DNA of 24,000 nucleotides from Listeria tempestatis (GTDB lineage Bacteria; Bacillota; Bacilli; Lactobacillales; Listeriaceae): NCBI GenBank assembly GCA_963575625.1, contig CAUYTK010000011.1; one strand, 5' to 3'. Shown piece by piece: positions 16,285 to 24,000 of this stretch (position 1 is its first letter; each line of letters starts with the position of its first letter). The notes under the pieces were generated by a model. It saw only the letters and a program-made list of their open reading frames with translations, ran no database searches and was not told where the DNA came from. The position numbers and the translations under genes were made by a program.

Positions 16285-18031
16285 TTGAACGAGCGACAAA
16301 TGAACTTGATTCAACTACTGCTCCACCAGAACCAAACTGGTCCAGAGCTTGCCAAGCAATTGTCTGCCTCAAAAAGAACCATTTTACGAGATATTCAAGC
16401 GCTAAATGATGAACTCATTTTAGTTGCGCAAATCACTTCGGTTGGAAACGGCTATTCGCTTACAATTTCAAACGAAAATAGTTTTAATCAGCTTATAAAA
16501 CGCACAGCAAGCGATGCAGAACTCCTTTTATTTGAGTTAGCAACACGTGATTTTGTCACGCTCGATGACTTATCTGAAACCTTATTTTTATCAAAACCGA
16601 TTTTAAGCGATAAAATGACGTCATTAAAACAAAGTTACGCTAAACGGCTTTCAATCCTATCGAAAAAAAAATTACGGTCATTTTTTGGATGAGCCTAAAT
16701 CCCGCAAAATTATACTGCTTGCCAATTTGATTTTGCAAAAACCCGCTTTCTTTTTAACAAAACTCGGGTTGGCGCCTACTGTTTTTGACAGCTTGACAGA
16801 AAACATACGCCATGAACGTCACGCGTTCGCTTATGAACACGCCCATTCAGCTCAAATTGCCAGTATTTGTCTAGCAATTTATGCGCTACATTATAAAACC
16901 GATTTTCCTAATTCAAAAATTAACGATATTTTAGAACAATCGGGCATTCCTTGTGCGAGTAATATCGGTAGTATGGTACAAACTTTTCTCTTGGAACAAA
17001 ATAAAATGATTGCATCGCTTTCAACCAAAAAGATTTTAGAATTATTGCAACTTACTTGTAAAGAGCATCAGACACCGGTTTATGATATGGAACTGGCGAC
17101 GAGCCTTGCTGGACATCTAAAGCGAAGTGTTTCCTATCCGGTTATTTTAGCGGATAGGAAACTCCACAATATCGCAAATATTAAGGCACTTTATCCGCTT
17201 GCTTTTGATCTTAGCATTCATTTTATTAGTCTAGTTAAACAAACTTTCTCTATTCAAATTTATGATATTGATTTAATTGGCTTGTATTTCTCTTGTGCGA
17301 TGGACCGCATCAAGACGGCGCCTACAGAGCTTGTGCTTTTCTCCAACCAATATGCGATTGCAAGCATTAATAAACAAACAATTGAGCGCGCCATTCCAGA
17401 TGTGAACGTTAAACTAGCGATGAATGTCTTAGAACTGCAAGATTTGGTTCAAAATCGCGCTATTAAACTGGTCTTAAACAACCAAGACAGCGCCGCGCCA
17501 CAACTGACAACTGAATGCTTCACAATTAGGCAAATTTTGACAGAAACAGATTTACGGACGATTCGCGAATTGCTTGAAAAAATCGATATTGAAAGGCATC
17601 TAGACGATTATTTCCCGGAAGCATTTGCCACCGAATTCCACAACGAAAAAGATGCGAGTTGGCAAACTGTGATTCAAGATTTAACGGCTTTTCTTGTTCA
17701 AAAAGAGATTTTGTCGACCTTCGAACGGGAAAAAATTGTAAGTCGGGAATCAAAAGAAAACAATTTGGTTATTAACCATTTGGCCGTTCCACACTGCACA
17801 ACAAATCGCGGTACACCATTTCTAGGCATCTTTGTCCATTTAAAACACACCGTCCAAATTGAAGGTGAAGTCATTCAAAATGTTCTCATATCATGCATCA
17901 ACCCAAACGTTCGGAACGAATTGAAAATTTTCAGCTACTTGTATGATGCTTTAAATAAAATCGACAGTAGTGTAATTCTAAGTTGGAAAACTCACAGTGA
18001 ATTCATGCAAAGTTTAAACCAAAAAGATTGA
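16285..18031 (+). pseudogene. HTH-PRD-EIIA transcriptional regulator (FrvR/MtlR/LicR-like) split by a +1 frameshift in an A9 run
   Basis: ORF1 (TTG 16285, 7 nt after AGGAGGTG) encodes a winged HTH: GPELAKQLSASKRTILRDIQALNDEL. ORF2 (to 18031) carries PRD-like segments (LATSLAGHLKRSV) and a C-terminal EIIA-2-like domain (NHLAVPHCTT). The frames overlap at 16628-16692. Removing one A from AAAAAAAAA (16663-16671) gives a continuous ...LSILSKKNYGHFLDEPKSRKI... protein of 581 aa. Confidence 0.7.
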
Positions 18032-18039
18032 GCATTTGA

Positions 18040-18048
18040 TGTTATAAT
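18040..18048 (+). promoter_or_regulatory. Candidate extended -10 promoter (TGTTATAAT) for the ligase gene
   Basis: TG at 18040-18041 and TATAAT at 18043-18048. It lies about 30 nt upstream of the AAAGGAG RBS. Confidence 0.45.
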
Positions 18049-18078
18049 AAACTCATCTTAATTAAAGGAGTTACTTGT

Positions 18079-19602
18079 ATGAATAATCCCTATGTCCCGT
18101 TAAATTTGTTTACTAATTTCAAAGAATCCGCAGAGCGTTTCCCAAACACCCCTATTTTCTTTGATGAAACGCTCGCCGGATTTCCAGATCTTGGTCTAGA
18201 AACGACTTATGCTGACTGTTTAGAGTCAATTGTGCAAAAGGCCACAAAGTTAAAAAAAATTGGTGTCAAAAAAGCCGACAAAATCATTATTTATAAATCC
18301 GCCAAATTTGACACCTATTTATTCGCCGTGGCCGCAAGTTACCTCGGGGCGGTCCCCGCAATGATTTCACCACACCTACCTACTTCCACGATGGAAATTT
18401 TAGCTGAACGCTTAGATTTGCCTTTCTTACTTTTTGACGAAGTAACGGCAGATAAAGCACGCGCCATCTCCAATTTAACCGCTGACCAATTAATTTGCGT
18501 GGAAGAACTTACAAACCTCTCCGTAGAAAAAGTCGCGCAACAAGAAGAGCTCCCAAAAGATATGATTTCCTATATGACACACACATCTGGCACTACTGGG
18601 ATTCCCAAATTAATCGCCCATAGCGCAAACTCCATGGGCTGGCGCGTCAAATGGCAGCGCAATATTTTAAGCCTCATTCGTGAAAAAGAATTAGCTGCTT
18701 TTCATATTTCGCCCGTTCATTCACGTTTTAACATTGGCATTTCATCCCTAATGTCACAAGGTTTCCCGCTACTTCCAATTGCCAACCCGAATAAAGAGCA
18801 TGTGGCGGAAATCTTTAGCAAATTCCAGCCGAAAATTGTCGAAACGCACCCAAATAATTTTGTTCAGTGGGTATCGCTCGCTCGCGAAAAGCCGCAAACC
18901 TTCAAGTCCGTCAAATATTATCACTCCACATTTGATGCCATCAACAAAGAAACCATGGCCACTTTTTTAAATACTTCTTCCGAAAAACGGCCAGTTTTCA
19001 TGCAAGTTTACGGTCAAAGCGAGTGCGGGCCAATGATTTTACGTTTTCACACTAAAAAGAGCCTTCAAAACCTTGACGCCCGTAACATGGGTTACGGAAT
19101 GAAAGGTCTTACTGAAGTTCGAATCGTAAATGATAAAGGCGAGCCCGTTTCAAACGGCACGCCTGGTAATATCCACATGCTTTCAAAAGGAAGAGCCCTC
19201 ACCTATTTCAAAGAAGACGCACGCTTCGCTTCAAATACATATGATTTGTGGTGGGACAGTGGCGACTACGGCGTGAAAAATGCGGCCGGCGCCCTATTCC
19301 TGCTTGATCGCCAAGTCGACCTTGTTGAAAATATCGAAAGCACCCTAGCCATTGAGGACAAACTGCTAGATTCCCTCGAATTTCTTGATGAAGTCGTGAT
19401 TATTCGCGGCAAAGACGGCAGTCCGCAACCCATTATCTCCGTATGCGACGGCTATGAAATGAATTGGGACACCTGGTTTAACGAACTAACCGATCTCCCA
19501 CATATCAATGAACCTATCATCATGGCTTACGAAGACATTCCTCGCACTGCTACAATGAAAGTACAACGACTGCGCCTTGAGGAAGAACTAAAGGAAAAAT
19601 AA
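18079..19602 (+). CDS. Adenylate-forming enzyme (ANL superfamily acyl-CoA synthetase/ligase)
   Basis: 507 aa. The AMP-binding core motif is YMTHTSGTTGIPKL. YGQSECG, WWDSGDYG and the C-terminal IPRTATMKVQR (A10 lysine) are also present. Confidence 0.8.
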   Translation: MNNPYVPLNLFTNFKESAERFPNTPIFFDETLAGFPDLGLETTYADCLESIVQKATKLKKIGVKKADKIIIYKSAKFDTYLFAVAASYLGAVPAMISPHLPTSTMEILAERLDLPFLLFDEVTADKARAISNLTADQLICVEELTNLSVEKVAQQEELPKDMISYMTHTSGTTGIPKLIAHSANSMGWRVKWQRNILSLIREKELAAFHISPVHSRFNIGISSLMSQGFPLLPIANPNKEHVAEIFSKFQPKIVETHPNNFVQWVSLAREKPQTFKSVKYYHSTFDAINKETMATFLNTSSEKRPVFMQVYGQSECGPMILRFHTKKSLQNLDARNMGYGMKGLTEVRIVNDKGEPVSNGTPGNIHMLSKGRALTYFKEDARFASNTYDLWWDSGDYGVKNAAGALFLLDRQVDLVENIESTLAIEDKLLDSLEFLDEVVIIRGKDGSPQPIISVCDGYEMNWDTWFNELTDLPHINEPIIMAYEDIPRTATMKVQRLRLEEELKEK

Positions 19603-19617
19603 ATTAGGACAACAAAA

Positions 19618-19675
19618 AAGCATAAATCTTGTAATAATACCACCTTGAAAAACGGTCATTACTTGATTTATGCTT
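19618..19675 (+). terminator. Long imperfect hairpin / terminator (copy A of a repeated hairpin element)
   Basis: AAGCATAAATC (19618-19628) pairs with GATTTATGCTT (19665-19675), with an inner GTAAT/ATTAC extension. It is preceded by an A-run and followed by ATTTAATT. Confidence 0.55.
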
Positions 19676-19791
19676 ATTTAATTCTCTCGTGTTAAATACT
19701 CCTACATCATTTGGCAAGTCTTTTAAAACACTTTTACTAGATAAAATGATGTCATTCCAAATGAGTTTTGCTTTCTTCTTCAATTTGAAAT

Positions 19792-20805
19792 TTATTCAAA
19801 CTTTTTTATCGGTACTTTTTCATTTGACTGTGCTTGGCTAATGATTTGCTCTTGGGGCGAGTCATCAGCGAATAAGCCCATAAATGATGTACCACTTGCA
19901 ACTAAGTAACCGAAGAAAATGGTTAATGCGGCAATAAAACAAGCGATAAATACATTCGTTTTTGAAATCGTTTTTTGATTCGGCTTCTTACGTTCTTCAG
20001 AAAGTCCGAGCCCGATTTTCTGTTCCTCACGGCGATCCGCAATGTATTTTTTCTTCGCTTCTTTCGTAATGCTATTATACCAATTTACAAAATTAATATA
20101 CGACTCTGAAACGGTTTCTTTATCACCATCTTCGCGAATTCGCCCATAATGCATCCATACAATACGGTCACATAAATTTTTAATTTGTGTGATGGAATGG
20201 CTAACGAAAATAATTGTTTTCCCGCGCGCTTTAAACTCATTAATTTTATCCACACATTTTTGATAAAACGTCTGGTCTCCAACTGATAGTGCTTCATCAA
20301 TAACAAGAATATCAGGGTCTAAATGAACCGAAATCGCAAAACCAAGACGCGACTTCATTCCACTCGAATAGTTCTTAATTGGTTGGTTGATAAAATCACC
20401 AATATCCGCAAAATCAATAATCGATGGAATTTGTGCTTCAATTTCTTTATTCGTCAATCCGTGCATAAGCAGTTTCAAACGAATATTTTCAATGCCAGTA
20501 AGTGGTCCTTTAAGTCCGACTTGTATCGCAATTAAAGAAGCCTCCCCGTTTATTTCTACTTCACCAGATGTTGGCACGATGACACCAGAGATGATGCTTG
20601 AAATTGTTGACTTACCAGATCCATTAATCCCAATAAGCCCAACTGTTTCGCCGTCACGAATTTCGATACTTACATCGCGGAGGGCCCAAAAACTATCGGT
20701 TTTTTTATTTAAAAGTGCTGCCGTAATCTTTTCTGTTTTGTTTTTAAGTAAATCATATTGTTTTGTGACATGTTTCAGTCTGATTTTAACAGGTTTATCT
20801 GTCAT
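19792..20805 (-). CDS. tagH: TagH-like teichoic-acid-export ABC ATPase with a C-terminal TM anchor
   Basis: 337 aa. Walker A is GINGSGKST, the signature is [15 protein letters not shown] and Walker B is [27 protein letters not shown] matches B. subtilis TagH as I recall it. The C-terminal helix is [21 protein letters not shown]. No tagG-like permease gene is adjacent. Confidence 0.8.
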   Translation of the reverse strand: MTDKPVKIRLKHVTKQYDLLKNKTEKITAALLNKKTDSFWALRDVSIEIRDGETVGLIGINGSGKSTISSIISGVIVPTSGEVEINGEASLIAIQVGLKGPLTGIENIRLKLLMHGLTNKEIEAQIPSIIDFADIGDFINQPIKNYSSGMKSRLGFAISVHLDPDILVIDEALSVGDQTFYQKCVDKINEFKARGKTIIFVSHSITQIKNLCDRIVWMHYGRIREDGDKETVSESYINFVNWYNSITKEAKKKYIADRREEQKIGLGLSEERKKPNQKTISKTNVFIACFIAALTIFFGYLVASGTSFMGLFADDSPQEQIISQAQSNEKVPIKKFE

Positions 20806-20901
20806 TTTTATTTCACCATCCGGTAATTTACTTTTTTATAAACTGACATTCCTATTTTACCTAAAGTAAAGGTGAAAGTCTAGGGAGATTCATTTAAAGA
20901 G

Positions 20902-20910
20902 TGCTATAAT
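20902..20910 (+). promoter_or_regulatory. Candidate extended -10 promoter (TGCTATAAT) for the DUF4440-like gene
   Basis: TG at 20902-20903 and TATAAT at 20905-20910. A small hairpin, CTTAAAA/TTTTAAG (20914-20933), abuts the AAGGAG RBS. Confidence 0.45.
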
Positions 20911-20943
20911 GGGCTTAAAATCTAGGTTTTAAGGAGAAAAATA

Positions 20944-21291
20944 ATGATGCCAAAGCAGAGTTGCAATTTTTATGAACTTGAAATGATACATCTAAACGCA
21001 GAAAATCGTTCAACTATGACTAAAATCTTAAATTTGTTGGATGAAAACTATCTGGAATTTGGTAAATCAGGAAAGAAGACGCAGAAAAAAGATTATTTGA
21101 GCGCCTCATTGCCTGCCGACCAATATGAAATTTTAGAATTCGAGTCGCATTCTTTAGGGAAAAAAAGTCAATTGACGACTTATACATTATGGAACCATAC
21201 AACCGATGAAAAAAGTTTGCGTAGTAGTGTTTGGAAATATCAAAACAGCAGCTGGAAACTATATTTTCATCAAGGAACACCCGTTAATTAA
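20944..21291 (+). CDS. DUF4440 / NTF2-like (SnoaL-like) family protein
   Basis: 115 aa. LLDENYLEFGKSGK and the C-terminal SSVWKYQNSSWKLYFHQGTP are typical of DUF4440 proteins. Confidence 0.65.
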   Translation: MMPKQSCNFYELEMIHLNAENRSTMTKILNLLDENYLEFGKSGKKTQKKDYLSASLPADQYEILEFESHSLGKKSQLTTYTLWNHTTDEKSLRSSVWKYQNSSWKLYFHQGTPVN

Positions 21292-21344
21292 ACTAACGAC
21301 AAGACATAAATTTAGTTATTAAAATCGACATGTTTTAAATAGCT

Positions 21345-22586
21345 CTACAACATTTTTTTCGACATAAATTCAATAATAGGTCTTGAAATTTTCTCAGCTA
21401 AATATACAGGCACTGCATTCCCAATTTGTTTGTATTGTTCATTAAGTTTATGAGACAAAGAAACACTGTCTTTTTCCCCTCCTGAGAACTCAAACCAATC
21501 AGGAAAAGTTTGAATACGTGCGCACTCTCTAACAGAAAGCCTTCTATTAAATTCTCCTTCAAAAGTCCATTTATCTTTACTAATTTTTTTCATAGGCAAT
21601 CCATGAGGATGCATAGGCGCTTGTCGCCCACTTGCTTGAATTGTGAAGCTTTGGTCTTCCCAAGTTTTTTTCCGATTTCTACTCATGTAAATGGATGAAT
21701 AGGAGCTTTCAAAAACATCAACTGCTTTGAGAGGTAAATCCCCAATTGCTTCTTTCAATGTGACAAAAGGTTTTATTTTCCCATCATGAGTTGGATTAGG
21801 TAATACATATTCGAAACCATATTTTTTTTGAATATCATTCCTTACACCGATTATAAATACTCTTTCTCTTAATTGGGGCACTCCATAATCTCTCGAGTTA
21901 ACTAGATTAACACTAACATCATACCCTGCTGATTCAAAATCTTCCTTTATCTGTTTTAATGTCTCTCCTTTACCAATAGTCATTAACCCCTTAACATTCT
22001 CAGCAATAAAGAATGCTGGTTTAGATTGAATAAGCGCTCTAATATAGTGTATATACAAAAAATTCCGAGGATCATCAAGCAATCTAGGACCTGCTGAGCT
22101 AAAACCCGGACAAGGAAAGCCTCCAAGCATTAAATCGCTTTTAGGAAAGCTAGCTATTTTTTTTATATCTTTTTCTATCTTTGCAACAGTATCAGGAAAA
22201 TTAGCTTTATATGTTTGGTTTGAAGATTCAAATATATCATTTGAATATAAAAAGTTCACCAAACCATTTTCTCTGATTTTTTCATAACTACTTCTATCTT
22301 TAATAAACTTGTATGCCTTATCCTCACCATATTTAACAGATAATCCAGCAAGTTCAATGCCTAGGTCTAAACCACCTGCGCCAGAGAACAATGAAACTAT
22401 ATTAATTTTATTTTCCTCATACTTTAAATTTTTTAAAATTTTTTCTTCCGAAATGACATCTTTTTTAGTAATATTTTTCACGACATACTCGTTCTCTTCT
22501 TGAATTTTTTCTTTCAAAACTAATTGTATTTCTTCAGCATTTAAATCCAATGAAGAGACAAAAGGTTTTTTTAATTCTTTTTTCAT
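21345..22586 (-). CDS. DNA (cytosine-5)-methyltransferase, type II R-M modification subunit
   Basis: 413 aa with all the classic motifs: I SLFSGAGGLDLG, IV GGFPCPGFS, VI ENVKGL, VIII QLRERVFIIG, IX RLSVRECARIQTFPD, X GNAVPV. The target-recognition stretch YMSRNRKKTWEDQSFTIQASGRQAPMHP resembles, from memory, GGCC-type enzymes such as M.HaeIII. A ~55-aa N-terminal extension precedes motif I. Confidence 0.9.
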   Translation of the reverse strand: MKKELKKPFVSSLDLNAEEIQLVLKEKIQEENEYVVKNITKKDVISEEKILKNLKYEENKINIVSLFSGAGGLDLGIELAGLSVKYGEDKAYKFIKDRSSYEKIRENGLVNFLYSNDIFESSNQTYKANFPDTVAKIEKDIKKIASFPKSDLMLGGFPCPGFSSAGPRLLDDPRNFLYIHYIRALIQSKPAFFIAENVKGLMTIGKGETLKQIKEDFESAGYDVSVNLVNSRDYGVPQLRERVFIIGVRNDIQKKYGFEYVLPNPTHDGKIKPFVTLKEAIGDLPLKAVDVFESSYSSIYMSRNRKKTWEDQSFTIQASGRQAPMHPHGLPMKKISKDKWTFEGEFNRRLSVRECARIQTFPDWFEFSGGEKDSVSLSHKLNEQYKQIGNAVPVYLAEKISRPIIEFMSKKML

Positions 22587-22701
22587 TGTTTCAATTATCT
22601 CCTTAGTTTCTTAATTTTATCATAGCACATACAAATTTATTTGGCCAGTATTTTATTTTATGAGAGAATAGAGTAAATGGAAAATTAAGGAGAACTCACA
22701 A

Positions 22702-23577
22702 ATGTATACAGAATCGAAGACTAATGTACTAGTTGCCTTAAAAAATTTATTGGACAGGAATTCTAGCATCCTAACACCTATTTTTCGGTCAAACGGAACG
22801 GCAAATGCCGCTGGAGATAGCTTAGAGTATTTTGTCAAAGATATGTTTTGTACAGGAGCATCACAATATCAATATGAGGCTGAGAAAGAGCGAATATATG
22901 ATGAATATTTAAGTTGGAAAGGAAATCCAACTAATTTTCCTGACTTTATTGTGAAGGGGGGAGTTGGCGTAGAACCGAAGAAGCTCAATAATCTCAGCTA
23001 CTCGACTTTAGCTCTAAATAGTTCTTATCCTAAAGATTATATATACCCTGATAGTCAAAATCTTCCTAAGGATATAACTGAAACTGGTTGGTCAAAAAAA
23101 GAAGTAATTTATGTTGCAGGAAACCTAAATGATAAGAATAATAAGCTCATAACTTTATGGTTTGCCTATGGAAATACTATGGTAGCTGATAGACAAAATT
23201 ATTTAAACTTAATCGATGAGCTAAGACTAGCAATAAAATCAACAAACGCAACTTTAAATAATAAATCTAAGGAATTAGCTAGAGCAATAGGAACTGATCC
23301 ATTGAAAAATACTAATTTGCGAATTCGTGGGATGTATGAGCTTAAACACCCGCAAGAATATTTCAAAAAACACATAACTAGAACAGATATTCCCGATGGT
23401 GCAACTAGAATTTTCTTGATTTTACTTGCATCTGATTTTTATAAGATGCATAACCGCCCAGACTTGACTCCATATTTTAAAAATGGACATCTAATAGTAA
23501 ACACTGTATTTATTCCTGATCCCAATAACCCCTCAAATACGTTAGAAGCATTTTTATTTGAAGGATGGACTGATTAA
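22702..23577 (+). CDS. Type II restriction endonuclease, PD-(D/E)xK fold
   Basis: 291 aa. It is divergent from the methyltransferase across a 115-bp intergenic region. AAGGAG lies 9 nt before the ATG. The candidate catalytic motif is FPDFIVKGGVGVEPKK, which is PD-X9-E-X-K. It shares the strongly AT-rich composition of the methyltransferase gene. Confidence 0.65.
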   Translation: MYTESKTNVLVALKNLLDRNSSILTPIFRSNGTANAAGDSLEYFVKDMFCTGASQYQYEAEKERIYDEYLSWKGNPTNFPDFIVKGGVGVEPKKLNNLSYSTLALNSSYPKDYIYPDSQNLPKDITETGWSKKEVIYVAGNLNDKNNKLITLWFAYGNTMVADRQNYLNLIDELRLAIKSTNATLNNKSKELARAIGTDPLKNTNLRIRGMYELKHPQEYFKKHITRTDIPDGATRIFLILLASDFYKMHNRPDLTPYFKNGHLIVNTVFIPDPNNPSNTLEAFLFEGWTD

Positions 23578-23617
23578 TAATTATATTTACTACAGAAGAA
23601 CTTTTAAACAAACCAAA

Positions 23618-23673
23618 AAATATAAATCTAGTAAAACCACTTTTTGGATAGTGATATTACTTGATTTATATTT
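23618..23673. terminator. Hairpin / bidirectional terminator (copy B of the repeated hairpin element)
   Basis: AAATATAAATC (23618-23628) pairs with GATTTATATTT (23663-23673). It is flanked by an A-run upstream and TTTTATTTTT downstream. It lies between the convergent endonuclease gene and the terminal partial gene. Confidence 0.55.
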
Positions 23674-23729
23674 TTTATTTTTACTGGATAAAATTATATC
23701 TCTTCCATCAAGATTTCGAAAAATCCAAC

Positions 23730-24000
23730 CTACAACCGCGGATCAATCTCCGCTTCTTTCATCGTTTCAAACAGCATGTTAATTGCTGCTGTTTTATACG
23801 TATCATTTTGACTCGAAATTTCTGCGAGTGGTACGTCGAGCATTTGCTCTCCATACTCATATTCCGAAATGGATGCTCGAAGTTTCTGCCTCACTTTTTT
23901 GTTGCGGATTAGTTTCTCATATTTCCTTTCAAAATGGTAGTCGTAGCCGTAGATTAAGTGTAAATAGTCTTCATTTCGCACTTTCACTGCAGGGGCGACA
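23730..24000 (-). CDS. 3' end of a gene that starts beyond the window, product unknown
   Basis: The minus-strand frame is open to nt 24000 (..VAPAVKVRNEDYLHLIYGYDYHFERKYEKL..), so the GTG at 23987 is internal. The stop is at 23730-23732. GC content is back to backbone level. Confidence 0.5.
   Translation of the reverse strand, partial: VAPAVKVRNEDYLHLIYGYDYHFERKYEKLIRNKKVRQKLRASISEYEYGEQMLDVPLAEISSQNDTYKTAAINMLFETMKEAEIDPRL

Noticed and set aside
20085-20869. ORFs 20085-20306 (-), 20323-20535 (+) and 20387-20869 (+) overlapping tagH
   Set aside because: They are shadow frames of a strongly supported ABC ATPase gene.
21020-22503. ORFs 21020-21280 (-), 21510-21698 (+) and 22309-22503 (+)
   Set aside because: They are antisense to the DUF4440-like and methyltransferase genes. 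They have no motifs and no RBS.
22653-22838. 61-aa minus-strand ORF across the R-M intergenic region and the endonuclease 5' end (a possible controller protein)
   Set aside because: There is no helix-turn-helix pattern and no RBS, and it overlaps the endonuclease start in antisense. It is unlikely to be a C-protein.
21345-23577. Identifying the R-M pair as the Sau3AI-like (GATC) cassette known from some Listeria
   Set aside because: The endonuclease is only 291 aa, whereas Sau3AI-type enzymes are much larger. The methyltransferase target-recognition segment looks like the HaeIII type rather than the Sau3AI type as I recall them.
19618-23618. The two hairpin copies start exactly 4000 bp apart
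   Set aside because: I know of no mechanism that would set a round decimal spacing, so I treat this as coincidence. Only the sequence and structure similarity is reported.
23558-23912. ORFs 23558-23782 and 23661-23912 (+)
   Set aside because: They run through the terminator hairpin and lie antisense to the convergent terminal gene. Their translations are low-complexity and AT-driven.
1-24000. Whole-window search for CRISPR arrays, tRNA/rRNA genes, IS transposases, integrases and prophage genes
   Set aside because: I noticed no regularly spaced direct repeats, no cloverleaf-like or rRNA-like sequences, and no transposase or integrase motifs on either strand.

Overview
This 24 kb window looks like chromosome from a low-GC Firmicute, and the gene content resembles Listeria (inference only). 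A core backbone is interrupted by three visibly AT-richer accessory patches.

Backbone genes:
- an 867-aa PEP-synthase-like / rifampin-phosphotransferase-family enzyme
- two small SAM-methyltransferase-like genes
- phnA and a YebC-family regulator
- a Vat/xenobiotic hexapeptide acetyltransferase and an alpha/beta-hydrolase esterase
- an frv-like PTS operon: EIIA, EIIBC, an M42 peptidase, a MalY/PatB C-S lyase, and an HTH-PRD-EIIA regulator split by a frameshift in an A9 run
- a stand-alone adenylate-forming ligase
- an orphan tagH-like ABC ATPase and a DUF4440-like gene

Accessory patches:
1. nt 1-1900: the 3' end of a large polymorphic-toxin-like gene, followed by two small immunity-like ORFs.
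2. nt 7300-10150: an exported S8 subtilase, divergent from a two-gene operon. The operon encodes a signal-peptide protein with an extremely acidic N-half and a basic C-half, plus a 3-TM protein. I recognise no family for either operon protein. This is my best candidate for an undescribed system (a protease-processed secreted effector with a membrane partner).
3. nt 21300-23700: a divergent type II R-M pair, consisting of an m5C methyltransferase and a PD-(D/E)xK endonuclease.

Non-coding observations:
- a 188-nt hairpin-dense element inside the PTS operon
- a promoter-plus-terminator leader upstream of a methyltransferase gene
- operator-like repeats at the PTS promoter
- two related hairpin elements with compensatory substitutions that bracket the tagH/DUF4440/R-M segment

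I saw no rRNA, tRNA, CRISPR array or transposase. All family assignments come from motifs read by eye. No database search was run.
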